Of a DNA stretch of 64,000 bases, positions 25,179 to 38,370 are shown in pieces. The DNA is from Ylistrum balloti. Its lineage: Eukaryota. Within the stretch, counting starts at the first letter, position 1. Every line of letters starts with the position of its first letter. The translations under genes and the position numbers were made by a program. The stretch is taken from contig NW_026782356.1 in NCBI RefSeq assembly GCF_031769215.1, forward strand, positions 1,488,001-1,552,000, written 5' to 3'. The notes beneath the pieces were generated by a model, which did not search any database, was not told the DNA's origin, and worked only from the letters and a program-made list of their open reading frames with translations.

Positions 25179-26300
25179 CTTAAACAATGTGAGGCCACAG
25201 CTATCACTTAAACAACGTAGGGCCACAGCTATCACTTAAACAATGTATGGCCACAGTTATCACTTAAACAACGTATGGCCACAGCTATCACTTAAACAAT
25301 GTATGGCCACAGCTATCACTTAAACAATGTATGGCCACAGCTATCACTTAAACAATGTATGGCCACAGCTATCACTTAAACAATGTATGGCCACAGTTAT
25401 TACTAAAACAACGTATAGCCACAGCTATCACTTAAACAATGTATGGCCACAGTTATTACTTAAACAACGTATAGCCACAGCTATCACTTAAACAACGTAT
25501 GGCCACAGCTATCACTTAAACAACGTATAGCCACAACTATCACTTAAACAATGTATGGTCACAGCTATCACTTAAACAATGTATGGTCACAGCTATCACT
25601 TAAACAATGTATGGCCACAGCTATCACTTAAACAACGTATGGACACAGCTATCACTTAAACAATGTATGGCCACAGCTATCACTTAAACAATGTATGGAC
25701 ACAGCTATCACTTAAACAACGTATGGACACAGCTATCACTTAAACAACGTATGGCCACAGCTATCACTTAACCAATGTATGGACACAGCTATCACTTAAA
25801 CAACGTATGGCCACAGCTATCACTTACACAACGTATGGCCACAGCTATCACTTAACCAATGTATGGCCACAGTTATTACTAAAAAACGTATGGCCACAGC
25901 TATCACTTAAACAATGTATGGCCACAGCTATCACTTAAACAATGTATGGACACAGTTATTACTTAAACAACGTATGGCCACAGCTATCACTTAAACAATG
26001 TATGGCCACAGCTATCACTTTAACAATGTATGGCCACAGTTATTACTTAAACAACGTATGGCCACAGCTATCACTTAACCAATGTATGGCCACAGTTATT
26101 ACTTAAACAACGTATGGCCACAGCTATCACTTAAACAATGTATGGCCACAGTTATTACTAAAACAATGTATGGCTACAGCTATCACTTAAACAATGTATG
26201 ACCACAGCTATCACTTAAACAATGTATGGCCACAGCTATAACTTAAATAATGTATGGCCACAGCTATAACTTAAATAATGTATAGTTACACCTATTACTT
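25179..26300. repeat. Minisatellite, 28-bp unit (CACTTAAACAATGTATGGCCACAGCTAT), ~40 copies
   Basis: Directly visible tandem copies with AATG/AACG and CTATC/TTATT variants. Confidence 0.97.
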
Positions 26301-26389
26301 TAATACAATGTATTACTTATCTGGTTAATTAAGCTATTCTGCCATTTAATAAAGAATTTCAAATATGACAAATGATTTCTGATATAAGT

Positions 26390-26935
26390 TAGGGATTGGG
26401 TACCACCCTCCCACCCTTGTGGTCGAAAAGAGGTCACTATTCATGAAAATTTATTCAGACCAAACCTGGACAATATCCTTGTATGGAAGGATTTTAAAGA
26501 ACTTACAACTCCCCAATGGGGTCCACATCTCCAACTCAAAGGGGCCTGGATACATCGTTTATACAGAGATTCGTCCTCTTCACCCAAGAATACTTTAGAC
26601 CAACATTGGGCAATAAGCTTTTATTCTTACAGGAGGAGTTATATGCTTAAGAACATGTAAAATGTCACCTTTTGGGCCCCGCCCTGAAGGCCCCATGGGA
26701 ACTGAAAACCAATACTTACACAAACTTTGTTTCTCTTCACCCTAGGCTACTTCTGACTAAATGTGGGCGATATCTTATCATTTCTAATGGAGAAGAAGGA
26801 TTTAAATAATTTACCCTATATCCCCATTGGGCCCCACCCCTCCCGCTAAAGGGGGCGAGACCCCCTTTTGTATAAAACTGATTTCCCTTCATCCAATAAT
26901 GCTTCAACCAGATTTGGGCAAAATGTAGGATTTGT
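26390..26935. mobile_element. Probable non-autonomous interspersed element (HINE-like) with two diverged internal modules
   Basis: GC-richer island with a repeated module GGATTT.AA..A.TTAC...CCCCA.TGGG..C.CA...C...AAAGGGG about 300 bp apart. The family assignment is inference. Confidence 0.35.
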
Positions 26936-28074
26936 TAGATGAATGCCTTGTTATATTCAGCTTATCGTAGTAAGAATAGTTACATACATAATATAGTAGA
27001 ATTCTTCAATGCATCGTTTTCTCCTAAAAAAAAAAGAACAAATTACATCTACTGTAAATCTAAGAAGAGCAGAGTTACTTCCCTTGAAAAGATATCCGAT
27101 GACCACTCGTATTTGAAGAAAACGGAATTTCCTACACCATTGAGAAACACAGCAATTTTCATGGGTTTTGTGTTCAAACAAATGAAAGATATTTTCAAAT
27201 TCAGATAACTTACCATTGGAGAAAAACGTAAATTTTTACTATTTATATAATAAGATACGAAATCAACGACCTGAGCGAACTGTTTTTCATGACCCTTGAC
27301 AAATGCAATCACTGCCAGGATTATCCATAATATGTTTTACTTATTTGTTTTAGGGACTGTACATCAACATCTAATAATTTCTTAAAATAACTGAAATACG
27401 TCGGAACAATATATCACATGCTGTCAACTTTTATTTAACGCAGGTACAATGAGGTTTTGAATATGTTATAATGCATAAAAGAAAAAAAGGAAAACAAAGT
27501 GAAAAGATACTTCGCCCATGGCCGATAGAATACATACTTAAACTGATGATAAGTGCTGTTAAACCTTTCGGAACACTAGGCCCAAATTGCTAAAATCTTG
27601 GTTGGAGTTAACTAGCGGTTTGAGATTTTTAAAAATATGATTAAACAAATGTGAGGACCTTTTCGTCGTTTCATATCAAAACATTTTGAGATATGACAAT
27701 TTGATATTTTTTTATTGTCAATTATGCTTTTGAAGTATTTTGTGTTTTCAGTGGCAACAATATTTTTTTTCACTAACCGCTGGCTTACATCTCTTACCAA
27801 GTTTAGAGCAACTGGGAGCTGACCTTATTCTCCTTGTCCTTTTGCAGGTGTCTACATGTAAATCTTTCTATGTTCATATCGAGAATATATTTTGAATTTA
27901 TATTCTGTTGATATGTTAGTATTTTCTTTGTTTTCATTAATTAACTAAAGAATTAATTAATTAACACATATGGTTATTAATGCTTTGATAAACGGTATCT
28001 TCATCAATCAATTCATCAATTGTGAATTCAAAGGGAAATAAGTGTTCTTTTTAAAAAAATTATTTCAAAATAGA

Positions 28075-28590
28075 ATATTATCTATACACATGCATAACAC
28101 AAATATATGTAGACGTATGAGTGATCTTTAGCTTCGTTCTGAAAAATATACCTCTTTACCAATTATAGTCACAACTCATTCATGTAAATGGAAACAAATA
28201 AAAAGTTCATTTTAAAATAAAATATTAGGCATAACACAATGTTGTATTAAAAAGTTCAATGTTATATTAAAAAGTTCATTTTAAAATAAAATATTAGCTA
28301 TACACATGCATAACACAAATATATGAAGATGCATGTTATATTAAAAAGTTCATTTTAAAATAAAATATCTGCATTAGCTTCATTCTTAAAAAATACCTCT
28401 TTACCAATTATAGTCACAACTCATTCATGTAAATGGAAACAATGGGAAACAATGTTGTATTAAAAAGTTCATTTTAAAATAAAATATTAGCTATACACAT
28501 GCATAACACAAATATATGAAGATGCATGAATGATCTTTAGCTTCATTCTTAAAAAATACCTCTTTACCAATTATAGTCATAACTCATTAA
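28075..28590. repeat. Complex tandem duplications of AT-rich modules
   Basis: CTATACACATGCATAACACAAATATATG, TACCTCTTTACCAATTATAGTCA and ATTAAAAAGTTCATTTTAAAATAAAATAT each recur 3-4 times. Confidence 0.8.
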
Positions 28591-30129
28591 TGCATATGCA
28601 GTTTGATAAAACATTTTTTTTATCATTATGGCAAGGAGGTGGCTACATTTTCAATAAGGTGCTCTGTTACTTGTCCTCTTTTTGTGTCAAAGATTGTACA
28701 AGAACCATAAATGTGAAAAGCACCTTTAAATAATGTAAAGTTAGCTACAGCAGAGCCAAACAATGAAGTAAGTTGTTTCATCCTTCTAGAATTTTGAAGC
28801 CTATTGAGGCAGTTGAGGAAAATCCAAAATGTTAGAAAGTCAAAATATAGCCCAGTAGTTTTATAAATTATTTTCAGATATTTTTGACGGCATCAATAGG
28901 CATGAATATGCTGAACCGTGCCAATATTCGAATGAATTAGTGTGGCATGTAGGTTACAGCAAACCTCGAGGACTTGAAGTCCACCAGCAGTATTTGCAAG
29001 CAGTACGAAATATTTTCACAAGCAATATGGGTACATGTTGTAAACAAATACTACTGATGAAACCTAGGAATTTTGAGCTGATCTGAACAAAATATAAGTA
29101 TGCATACATTGAAATATCAAGAAAAATAGATCTATTAACAAGGACACAGACTTTGCAAATCTGACTAATTTTGCACTAGTAAATCTTTATGATACAATAT
29201 ATATGAATATATATTATTGAAAAGCAACAGTGTATATGGGTTTTTTTTTTTTCTCAGACAGAATGTCACCAATGTGCATCATCAATGTAAGGATTGGTGA
29301 TTCATAAGGACTACAGAATATAGTATTTCTTTATCTATAAATATCTCAGTGGTCCACTGCGATCCACTATTCCTATCAGGGGTTTCATAAAGAAGTCTCA
29401 AGTGTAGAGATTGCCCTTAGCATTAAACCAAACAGAAATTAAGCTGAGGTGTGAAGAACACATTATCTTTGTAATAAAGGTGGAATGACAACAACTTCAC
29501 AAATCTTTGTTCCTGAATGTTCATCCCCCCATGATCCATTAAATAAACCCTATATATAGTGCATGGGCAAGCTTCCCAACCAAATATACTTTCTGGACAA
29601 ATTCCGGTCTCTTACATTTTCTCTATATCTATCACTGAATCCTTTGTCTAAATATATTACTTTCATCCAAAATCCTGACATTTTCCTTTCCTATTCTATC
29701 TTTATCCTTCTGTCAAAGAGTCTAGTCCCTACACTTAAAATACTAGTAATTTTTCCTCCAGATGGAATCCAAAAATCAAAACTGTACATTTTATGTCTGG
29801 TCTACTCAGCATGTCTCATGCCCATGTACTAGAACCAGCCTATGAACACAGTTCAGTGATGCAATATAGTACAATGCTATTAACTATAGTTCTGCCTAAC
29901 CTGTACATATATTATTCTACTTAACTGACACACACATATTCCTAATTAATAAATAACTAATTAATTAATAATTAAATATTTATATATTAAACACATTCAA
30001 AGTACATTATTAAATAAATAACATTAATCTGACCCATGTCAGTAATATAAAATGAACATTCTTTGTTCTTCAGAAGTTGGATGTTTTTCTTTCTTTTTTA
30101 TCATTTCCTATGCTCTTGCCCTCGTTTAT

Positions 30130-30470
30130 ATGAATTTTGAAAATTTCTTCAGAAATAGCATTTTAACCGTCAAATCCAAGATGGTTTCCTGTAGTCTGTT
30201 TCGATTTTATGATTAAGTTGATGAAGACATAACCAGTATTTCGCAAGAAATAGCTAAGACCGTGAATGTTTCATTGCCAAAACCCATGATGGCATCAAGT
30301 GAAAAGGGCACGACTCCAGACCAATTGGAACCTAGGCAGGTAATTTGGGACAGATCTAACCATAACGTCCCAAGAAATACTCTTCCATTGTCGAAATCCA
30401 AGATAGCCGCCTTTCAGCCATTTTTGTTCTGATCAGTCCAAAGATCATAAGGTCACAAAAATATATTACC
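30130..30470. mobile_element. Degraded HINE-like repeat related to 36268-36662
   Basis: Shares CCAAGAT.GCC.CC.TT...CCATTTT.GTT..CTGATCAGTCC and CAAGAAATAG motifs with the 36.3 kb element. Confidence 0.4.
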
Positions 30471-31966
30471 ACAACATTTCTATCCTGAAACATGAAATGG
30501 CTAAAGATGTTCACATATTCTGCTACTGTGTTCATTGTGATCGATATTCATTACACGTTAAATACTGATGGATTCACAGCAATTACATTTTATTTAACTG
30601 CCCCCCCCCCTTGCCCCGAAATGCTCCTAGTTCATAACAAATGTATGGCTCGCCTAACTACAAATGTATTTTCTAATACCTAAGAAAAACGCGATAATGG
30701 ATAACTATATGAATAGGTTTCGCTAAGGTCATAAACAAGAAGATTGGAAAACTTGACATAGCTTTAGTGAATTGACAAGTACAAACTAAACAATTCTTGA
30801 TAATCCTTTCAGATACAATGATATATATAATCAGTTACGTGTACACTATAACAAAACTCTACATGCAGTGGAATGCTATCCACGTTACTGAGAGTGATGA
30901 GGTATCCGTTGTTCGAAGGCACACAGCATTATAATATCCAGTGGTAAGTGAGACAAGAAAGAAAACAGACTTGGTAACAGAATATTAATACACACATAAA
31001 TTGGATACTATGGTAAAATAAGAGCTGCATATATATTTACACAGAGACCCCTGAGACTAGTTTTTTCGAAAGGTTGAGTGCCTTCTACTTTGTCAACGAC
31101 ATCTGCCATGTAAATCTAGGTATTTCCAAGTTATCAGTATTCACATTCCCAAATTAAAACAATGTAAATATGAACGAAACCATCAGACAAACTGATGATC
31201 ATCGTACAGTTCAAGTTTCAATGAGATTATTAAAACTACCATAAAACTTCACCATCTCTCAAAACCTTGTATTATCAAATTGTCAGTTGCTGCCTTCTTG
31301 CATGAGAATGGTGGTAATGGGAACAGGTCCTACACTATCAAATCAGCTGCCACATGTAAACAGGTAAATAGTTAGAGTTGCATGAATGTTAAACTGTTCA
31401 CAGATAAATGGAACAACATTCTTTACTATACTATACAGCTGGATACATATTGAAACAGGTCAGATTGATATATTTTGGGTATTGAATTTGCCTTATATGC
31501 AATTTGAATTCTTCACCAACCACTTGTTTGAAAAACTGGGGCATGGTTTCCAAGTTTTAGAAGCCACCAGAACATTCCGACCCCTATTCATTTAGTCAAA
31601 GATTGGTTTGATTTTTGAGTTTGCGAAAAAGTGATATTGTTGCCACTGAAAAAGACTTTGACTTTAAAGCAAAAATGGCATTAAAAACCCAAGCAAATCT
31701 GCAACTGTGAAATATTCCAAGTTTGCTTAAATTTACATCTTGTTTTCCTAACCACTGGTTACTTCTAAATAGTATTTAAGCAACCAAAGTAAGGCCTTAA
31801 CGTCTGTTCCTAAAAAATAACTTTTAGGGCAAAAGCTGTTTGTAGCCTTTATAAATATTCTGATGTCAAATTATGTTTGGACTGTAGATAAGTATGTGGT
31901 ATAGAAAGCCATTGAACAAGACACACAAGTAATAACACCTTTAAAAGAATCTCAGTTTCACCAGTT

Positions 31967-34243
31967 TTACATGTATCTGATTTCATAGAACGAGATTTTG
32001 CCCTTGTAGTGGGCCACTGCAAGGATTTTCTGGTCGTTACTAACACTGATGGTATACTGCACCTCGTGACCACCTAGTCGTTCCCTTTTAATATCTCCAT
32101 GCACAACCTTGCGTGCATGACCTGAATAAGATGTTATAAACACATTGCCGGATGAAGCGTCTAGTATGAGAATACTTTTCAGTACAGGCAGTAAAGCGAT
32201 TCCTTGTGGATCTTTTAGTGAATCATGCCCATAACGCCGCACAACTTCAGGAGAGTTTTTGCTATTTTTTATGTCATAGACCTCCACTTCATTTTTACGC
32301 ACATCACAAAACACAAGAAATGTGGTTGTAGACATAAGAAGACTCCTCGGAACTGTCATTGAGAACATAAGGTCAATTTTCTGTACGATATCTCCACGCA
32401 TAGTTAAAATATCAATCCTTGCAGCAGAGAATGGTGGTCCTCTTCCACAAATGAGTCTGTCTTTGTCTCTACAGTAACCTATACTAATGTACTTTCCAGT
32501 TTCCATCACAAACTCTAGCTTAGCTGGTGTTTCACCAGGTGTATCTGCAAAGGATACAAAGAGTATATCACCTTCTTCCGGAGCAGTCACAACACAGAGA
32601 GTGTCTGATATACCAGCGACATCCCATGGCTCCGATGCACAGTAGAATTGGTCAACTAAGGAACCAAACCCATCACTTCTGAAGCGTTTAAGGCACTTGT
32701 TTTTTTTGTCTGCCACGACAAAGAATTCTCCTAAAGACACAATGCCCATCAAGGAAGGATTAAACTCGTCTTTGTCTGTTACTGTATCAATCTTTGTTAG
32801 ATACTTAAACATGGTGACCGTTTGTGCATTTAGAGGAATTGGTGTAAAAGTGGATTCCTGTGGGGAATCAAATGGTTCAGACGATGCACTCAGGGACAGC
32901 GGGGGCGCAGATGGTTGCACAGTGGAGCGACCGTCAGCAGAAGGGTAATGGACTTGTGTGGAGGGACTATAATGAAGACGGGAAGAGGGTCCAGGCATAT
33001 CATCAAGGGCCGACAATGGTGGGGCAGATGCTGAAGGCTGGCGTCGAATAACCGATGAGTTCAAAGGACGCCGTCTTTGTATGAAGGATTGTCGAGCTAC
33101 ACTATTATAAGTCGGTGGTGGTTCCTCAGGTGGAAGGGGGGGCGACATTTCTTCATGTTGTGTGGTCATTAACGAAGACCTATCAGGAGTTGACAATGCA
33201 GAATCCAGTTCGGCGCGTACCTGCTGGTCAACAACAGCATCTTCCTGGAAAGTAACAGCACAAGCATCCATATGACAGCAATCAACAATTTCGATCTTCA
33301 CGATGTCCGTGTCGGCCAATTTGTCCTCCAACTCTGTGTTGACAATGAATCGTACATTATATTCTGTGTCGATATCTGATTGTAGTTGTGAAAACATCGT
33401 TTTAAATCTTTCCAAATTTTTCCTTAAATGGTTCGTTACAACTAAATTTTGCGGTGCATGTGTAGTAATTTGTTTTTGTACAGCAAGTGCAAGTTCCTGT
33501 TGTAATTTTACAGATGACGCCATCTTATCACAAACCACAGCGTCGCGCTCTAAGTATGCTATCTCATTCTCTCGAAGTTCTTTTGCTTTCTCTAGTACTT
33601 TCCTCTCTTGCTCTGCCAGGTACTGAACAACTTTTTCTCGTAATTCTGAATAATACAACTTGATTGTTTCATCATGTGTTGCAGGGTCAGGGACGATGTT
33701 TCCTATTTTTGTGTTAAGAATGTTGTGTAATTCTTCAGTTTCAGACAGAAAGTTAGTTAGTTGTTCTGCGACTTCCTTGCTATTGTTGAATGCTTTCATA
33801 TGCATACCCTTGTCAATCTTGTGTAGCTCACAACGTACATGCATCTCTCGTCTGCATTTATGGCAAGCAAGCATGTTGCAATTCACACAGAAGTAATCGT
33901 ACATATATTCATCGTGAAGATTACATGATACTGGAATCATATTATTCACACTATACATCGCTTCAGGTTCTTCGCCATTTTTGAAAAACTGCTGGACATC
34001 CTTCATAAGAGTATCTTCCTCTAGTATCAGTAATGTATCCTGTGAAACAACCGATTCTTGTTCCTCGGGCAAATGTTTATATCCGCATACTGGACAAGGA
34101 AACGAAGCTTTGCCATAGAATTCAGTGATGTAAAGTACCAAACATTCATGGCAAAAAACGTGCTGACATCTGAGTTTCTTCGGGTAGGTAATAGGTTCAT
34201 CACAAATCCTACATCGGTAAAATTCCTTGAGTACCTCTTCCAT
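31967..34243 (-). CDS. TRIM-family E3 ligase, 758 aa, intronless CDS: RING (C3HC4), B-box2, coiled coil, Pro-rich linker with PPTY and PSAP, beta-propeller (NHL-like)
   Basis: RING CRIC-x11-CQHVFCHEC-x15-CPVC; B-box CNLH...FCVNCNMLACHKC...H; helical region; C-terminal repeats LMGIVSLGEFFVVADKKNKCLKRF, EPWDVAGI, DPQGIALL. An acceptor at 34321-34322 indicates a 5'-UTR intron. Confidence 0.95.
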   Translation of the reverse strand: MEEVLKEFYRCRICDEPITYPKKLRCQHVFCHECLVLYITEFYGKASFPCPVCGYKHLPEEQESVVSQDTLLILEEDTLMKDVQQFFKNGEEPEAMYSVNNMIPVSCNLHDEYMYDYFCVNCNMLACHKCRREMHVRCELHKIDKGMHMKAFNNSKEVAEQLTNFLSETEELHNILNTKIGNIVPDPATHDETIKLYYSELREKVVQYLAEQERKVLEKAKELRENEIAYLERDAVVCDKMASSVKLQQELALAVQKQITTHAPQNLVVTNHLRKNLERFKTMFSQLQSDIDTEYNVRFIVNTELEDKLADTDIVKIEIVDCCHMDACAVTFQEDAVVDQQVRAELDSALSTPDRSSLMTTQHEEMSPPLPPEEPPPTYNSVARQSFIQRRRPLNSSVIRRQPSASAPPLSALDDMPGPSSRLHYSPSTQVHYPSADGRSTVQPSAPPLSLSASSEPFDSPQESTFTPIPLNAQTVTMFKYLTKIDTVTDKDEFNPSLMGIVSLGEFFVVADKKNKCLKRFRSDGFGSLVDQFYCASEPWDVAGISDTLCVVTAPEEGDILFVSFADTPGETPAKLEFVMETGKYISIGYCRDKDRLICGRGPPFSAARIDILTMRGDIVQKIDLMFSMTVPRSLLMSTTTFLVFCDVRKNEVEVYDIKNSKNSPEVVRRYGHDSLKDPQGIALLPVLKSILILDASSGNVFITSYSGHARKVVHGDIKRERLGGHEVQYTISVSNDQKILAVAHYKGKISFYEIRYM

Positions 34244-36267
34244 GTTGTAGGAGTTAAATCAAGTAGCTCTGAGCCTTTCGTTTTATATGGTCATTTCCCC
34301 CATGTCTATATTTATGACATCTGTAAAATAAAAGAGTAAATCTAATAAGAATTTTGACTACATCATTTTACATTGTACAAAAGGAATTTATCATGATAGT
34401 TTCCAATACCGTCAGGCTGAAAAAGGACTATATTTAAATGTTAGTTTTAATACAAAAGTATAATAAATTAAATAGAACTTTTACCAAAGTACACTGAGTG
34501 CAATCTTTCGATGAAAAAAGTAATAGATGCATGTCGACTTATTTAAACAAGTGATCACATCAAGAAATTGTTTTTTTCTTGGTCTATTTATTCCCAAGAA
34601 ATAGCATTTATAAAATGTTAAAATTCATATCTATGATGGTCAACTTGCAGCTATTTCTTCCCAGTCTCAAAGTTAACAGATTGAGAAATATCCTCCAGTA
34701 CTTCTCTAGAAATAGCAATAACAGAGACTGTTTGGTGTATATATGAACAATGTACTTAGTACTCCGGCTGGTATCAGATGTCACAAGACCTTAAAAGTCA
34801 TATACTTTTTGTAACAACTACTTGGCATTTTGTGTACACAAAACATTCCATATTTGCATTTTTTTTTAAATGTCTGAGGTTTTTATTTCTTTTTGTCTTC
34901 CAGTAATGCCAAGTTCACACATACTTTATGACAACAATACCAAAACACATCAGTTGATTTATAAAACTAAATTAACATTTATTCTAAAATGGTTTTCTTA
35001 ATTTAACAAAAGTGTCCAGGCATTTGTACTATTTCACTGATCTGTTTTAACATTAATTTTTAATAATGATAATAAATAAACCTTTTATCTATCCAGGGCT
35101 ACATATTTAGGCATGTCCAATTTACAATATGGCCCTGCAGTAACATATATACAGATATCACAGTAAGCTTTCAGATACATATTATATAAAAAAAATAACA
35201 TATGAAGTTTAAGATTCAGTAAACCTACAATACATAGAAGATGAAAATATCACATATGAATTTATACTTACTAAGATATATAATGACCTATACACTTCTA
35301 ATCAAAGTAGCATAATACATCAGATATATTTGGTACAAATCTAAAAAAATTTTGGGGGAAAAATCCTTGACATATTTATGTTTCAAAGCAATTACACTAT
35401 CAGCAATTTTCTAATATTTTCACTTATAAGATTTATCAAAACTGAACATTAAAAATAGTTAGTTCTAGCTGAAGGAATATACAATTTTATTTGTTGGAAA
35501 CAGAAGACCTACTATTGAACTAAAGGTAAAATTTCAACTATATCTTCCAATATTTGATATAAAATATTAAATCAAAACTGCCATTCAAGACACGTTTTGT
35601 CAGAATGACAATTACAAATGACAGGTAATGATGGTATTCCTTATAAAATCTATAATATGGAATTATCATAGAATCTCAGTTTTATGTACAACTTATATTA
35701 TTTATTTGTACACATGCATTAAATCCTAAAATCTTTGTGTTGTGACATTCAAAGAAAGCAAACTGTCATCTGAATGAAGCATGGATAATATCTTATTCAA
35801 TGATGCAACCCCTTCACACAATGTATACAGTAGAATGACAATACAAACGTTGTTCATACAAAGCAATAAAACGAATCCTGAAAAACACTTGTAAAAGAAA
35901 GATATACCCTCACATACACACGGTAAACAACACCAAAATGAATTGAGGGTCATTATATTCATACACAACACTAAAACCAGAGATGTACATAACACATATA
36001 TATGTTTCTGCTAAAACAAATCATGAAAATCAATTGAACAAGAAATAATAATACATGTACCAATAACATTCATTACAGTGTTTTATTATACAACAAACTG
36101 GACATACAAGTCTCTACAATATGTGTAGATCGAAACAACTGCCTATAGGAAAGCGGAGGTCAAAGCTATGTTGGTCATGATGCAATAATTTAAGAATTCA
36201 CAGAGTACAGCAGAACAGATATTAGATCAATAATTTACAACAAAATATATAGATGATTTAATAATAC

Positions 36268-36662
36268 CCAAAATCAAATGGGCCCGACTAGGGACCAAGG
36301 GGAACCTACATATGAAATTTATGAAAGATCCATAAAATACTTCTCAAGAAATAGTGATAACAAAACTTTCAAAGTAAAAACCCAAGATGGCCACCTTTTG
36401 GCCATTTTTTGTTTTTCTGATCAGTCCCAAAATTACATGGGCACAACTAGAGACCAGGGGGAACCTACATGTGAAATTTAAGAGAGATCCATCTGTTACT
36501 TTTCATGAAATAGCGATAACTTTATTGAAAAAATCAAAGATGCCTACCTGTCTGCCATTTTGCTTTTCTGATCAGGCCCAAAATCAAATGGGCACAACTA
36601 GGTACCAAGGGCCACGGACGCAGAGCAATTTAAACCCACCATCTCATGATGGTGGGCTAAAA
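36268..36662 (-). mobile_element. Helentron-associated (HINE-like) element with ~155-bp internal repeats and a terminal hairpin
   Basis: The end AAACCCACCATCTCATGATGGTGGGCTAAAAA is a palindromic terminus. Three modules CCAAAATCAAATGGGC.C.ACTAG..ACCA.GGG. It is the reverse-complement homologue of 59793-60290. Confidence 0.7.
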
Positions 36663-36667
36663 ATCTC

Positions 36668-37050
36668 AATTAATGAAATGCTGAGCAACTGAAAACCTTG
36701 CAGGACACTCACTCCTACATGGTAGGTCATTATTTTGTTAGTTGTGCATGCTCTGCGTCAAGTACAGCAGTGTAATTCAATATTTTTCAGTCTGTCAATC
36801 AGAACCATTTCTTGCATGTTGGTAGACATTGGTGTAAAGTATATAATACAAAATGAATTATTAAAAAGTCTTTATTAATGAAATGCCCGGCATGTGAGAG
36901 TCTCAAAGGACACTTACTCCTACTAGGTAGTTCAGTATAGTGTTAGTTGTGCACACTCCGCATCAACTTCGGCAGTGTATTTCAATACTTTTCTGTCGGT
37001 TAATCAGAACAATTTTTTGCATGTTGATAGACGTTGGTGAAAAGTGAATA
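36668..37050. repeat. Diverged tandem duplication (~205-bp period); each copy ends in a minus-strand splice-donor-like site
   Basis: Over a 105-nt core I count 20 differences and no indels. Both copies have GTAGGA|GT(G/A)AGTGTCC on the minus strand (donors at 36712 and 36917). Confidence 0.8.
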
Positions 37051-37052
37051 AT

Positions 37053-37229
37053 CAGGGCTCTCTCACCCCATTTTGGGACTGGGGCCCGGGGCCCTTAGAA
37101 GTGGGAAAAATAATGGTGTTTTCCTTAGAATTGGGAGAACTTGGGGTCTAAATTGGGAAAAAAAAGATACTATTTTGCATTGGGAATGGGGCCAAATATC
37201 GCCCCAAATCTGGCAGATCGAGAGCCCTG
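37053..37229. mobile_element. MITE, 177 bp, TIR CAGGGCTCTC...GAGAGCCCTG, 5-bp TSD ATAAT
   Basis: TIRs and the flanking ATAAT direct repeat were read directly. A second copy is at 53894-54033. Confidence 0.9.
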
Positions 37230-37704
37230 ATAATACCAAAAAAAGAAAAAAAAAACACAAAATGATCTTTATTAATGAACTGGTGGGTGCTAAATATGTC
37301 ACAGGACACTCCCAAGACACTCATTCCTCCCAGGACACTCATTAGGACCTCTCATTTTCATGGGGTCGGGTCCAGGGACCAAGTGTAAACAAATGGCCCA
37401 TGTTCATAGTAAATGTAAGGCTTTATGTGAATCATGCCTCTTTTTGGGGTAAAACTGATGTATTCAAAATCAAATAAGTATAATTATTGTTTGGAATTTT
37501 TAAAATTCTGAAATCAAACCATATGATAGCTGTAATTTGCAAAACCTTAAAAAATTTCACAGTTGAGAATGGCGTACACAATTCATCTCCATCCAAGTTG
37601 TTACCTGTAACCTCTGTTACCTCTTCATAGACACAACTTGTTAGCTTATCTCAGCCAATTGAGGCGCATTTAGAGTTGTAGCTATTTTAAGAATGTATAA
37701 AGAC

Positions 37705-38370
37705 AAAAAAAAATTCCCGTATTAAACTTTTTTATGAGTTTTTGAAAGGTTTTGATCTTAGAAAGTTGATTAAAAGTAAAAAATCAATATGTTGCTGCAC
37801 CACTTTTTCCAGCGCAGACGTCAGAATATATATTAGAACAGGTAATTATTCAATTCCACATATAATTCTTGTTTCTTCGCTGAATAACAGACATACTTTG
37901 TTATTTCCGAAGTAACCATTTTTTGAATAATTTTTTTTCCTTTATTACAAAGTAAGGGATATTAAGGAGAAAAAAGTTCTGTGAAAATGCTAAGTTTTCA
38001 CCTAATTTAAAGAGCTTTAATCTCCATAGCAACCAAAAAAAAAAAAACAAAGAAAATGCTCCAAAATTACATCTATCTTATATTTGACCATTTTCTAATA
38101 TCAAACTTTTAATGACATAAGGCTTTGATAGAGAAATTTTTGAGGATACTTTTCGTGTTAAAAAAGGAAAGGTCTCTGTGCTTAATTTTCTGTAATTTTC
38201 ACCTAAACATAAAGTTTTTCAAGATCAAGAAACAATCACAAATGTTTATTTTTCTTTGCAAAAAAAACCTGGGAAAGTGATCCAACCATGTCGGAACTCA
38301 GGAATTCGAAACCTGTAATTCGTGTAATAATTCATGCAAATTTTAGTTGTATCCTATCCAAGATTTCCAG
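37705..38370 (+). mobile_element. Interspersed AT-rich repeat, homologue of 19600-20045
   Basis: Collinear shared blocks, as listed for 19600-20045. Confidence 0.7.

Noticed and set aside
32697-33984. Plus-strand ORFs overlapping TRIM-A (and 47034-47715 overlapping TRIM-B)
   Set aside because: Antisense shadows of the long coding sequences, with no independent features.
36713-37022. Selenoprotein-like CxxU reading in both duplicate units (IELHCCT*RRAC / IEIHCRS*CGVC, TGA conserved, reminiscent of SELENOH IEHCTSU)
   Set aside because: The 20 substitutions fall 8/7/5 on codon positions 1/2/3 with one synonymous change, i.e. no coding signature. The downstream residues do not fit an Rdx fold and I saw no SECIS. 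A SECISearch/Seblastian run plus transcript evidence would be needed to revive the idea.
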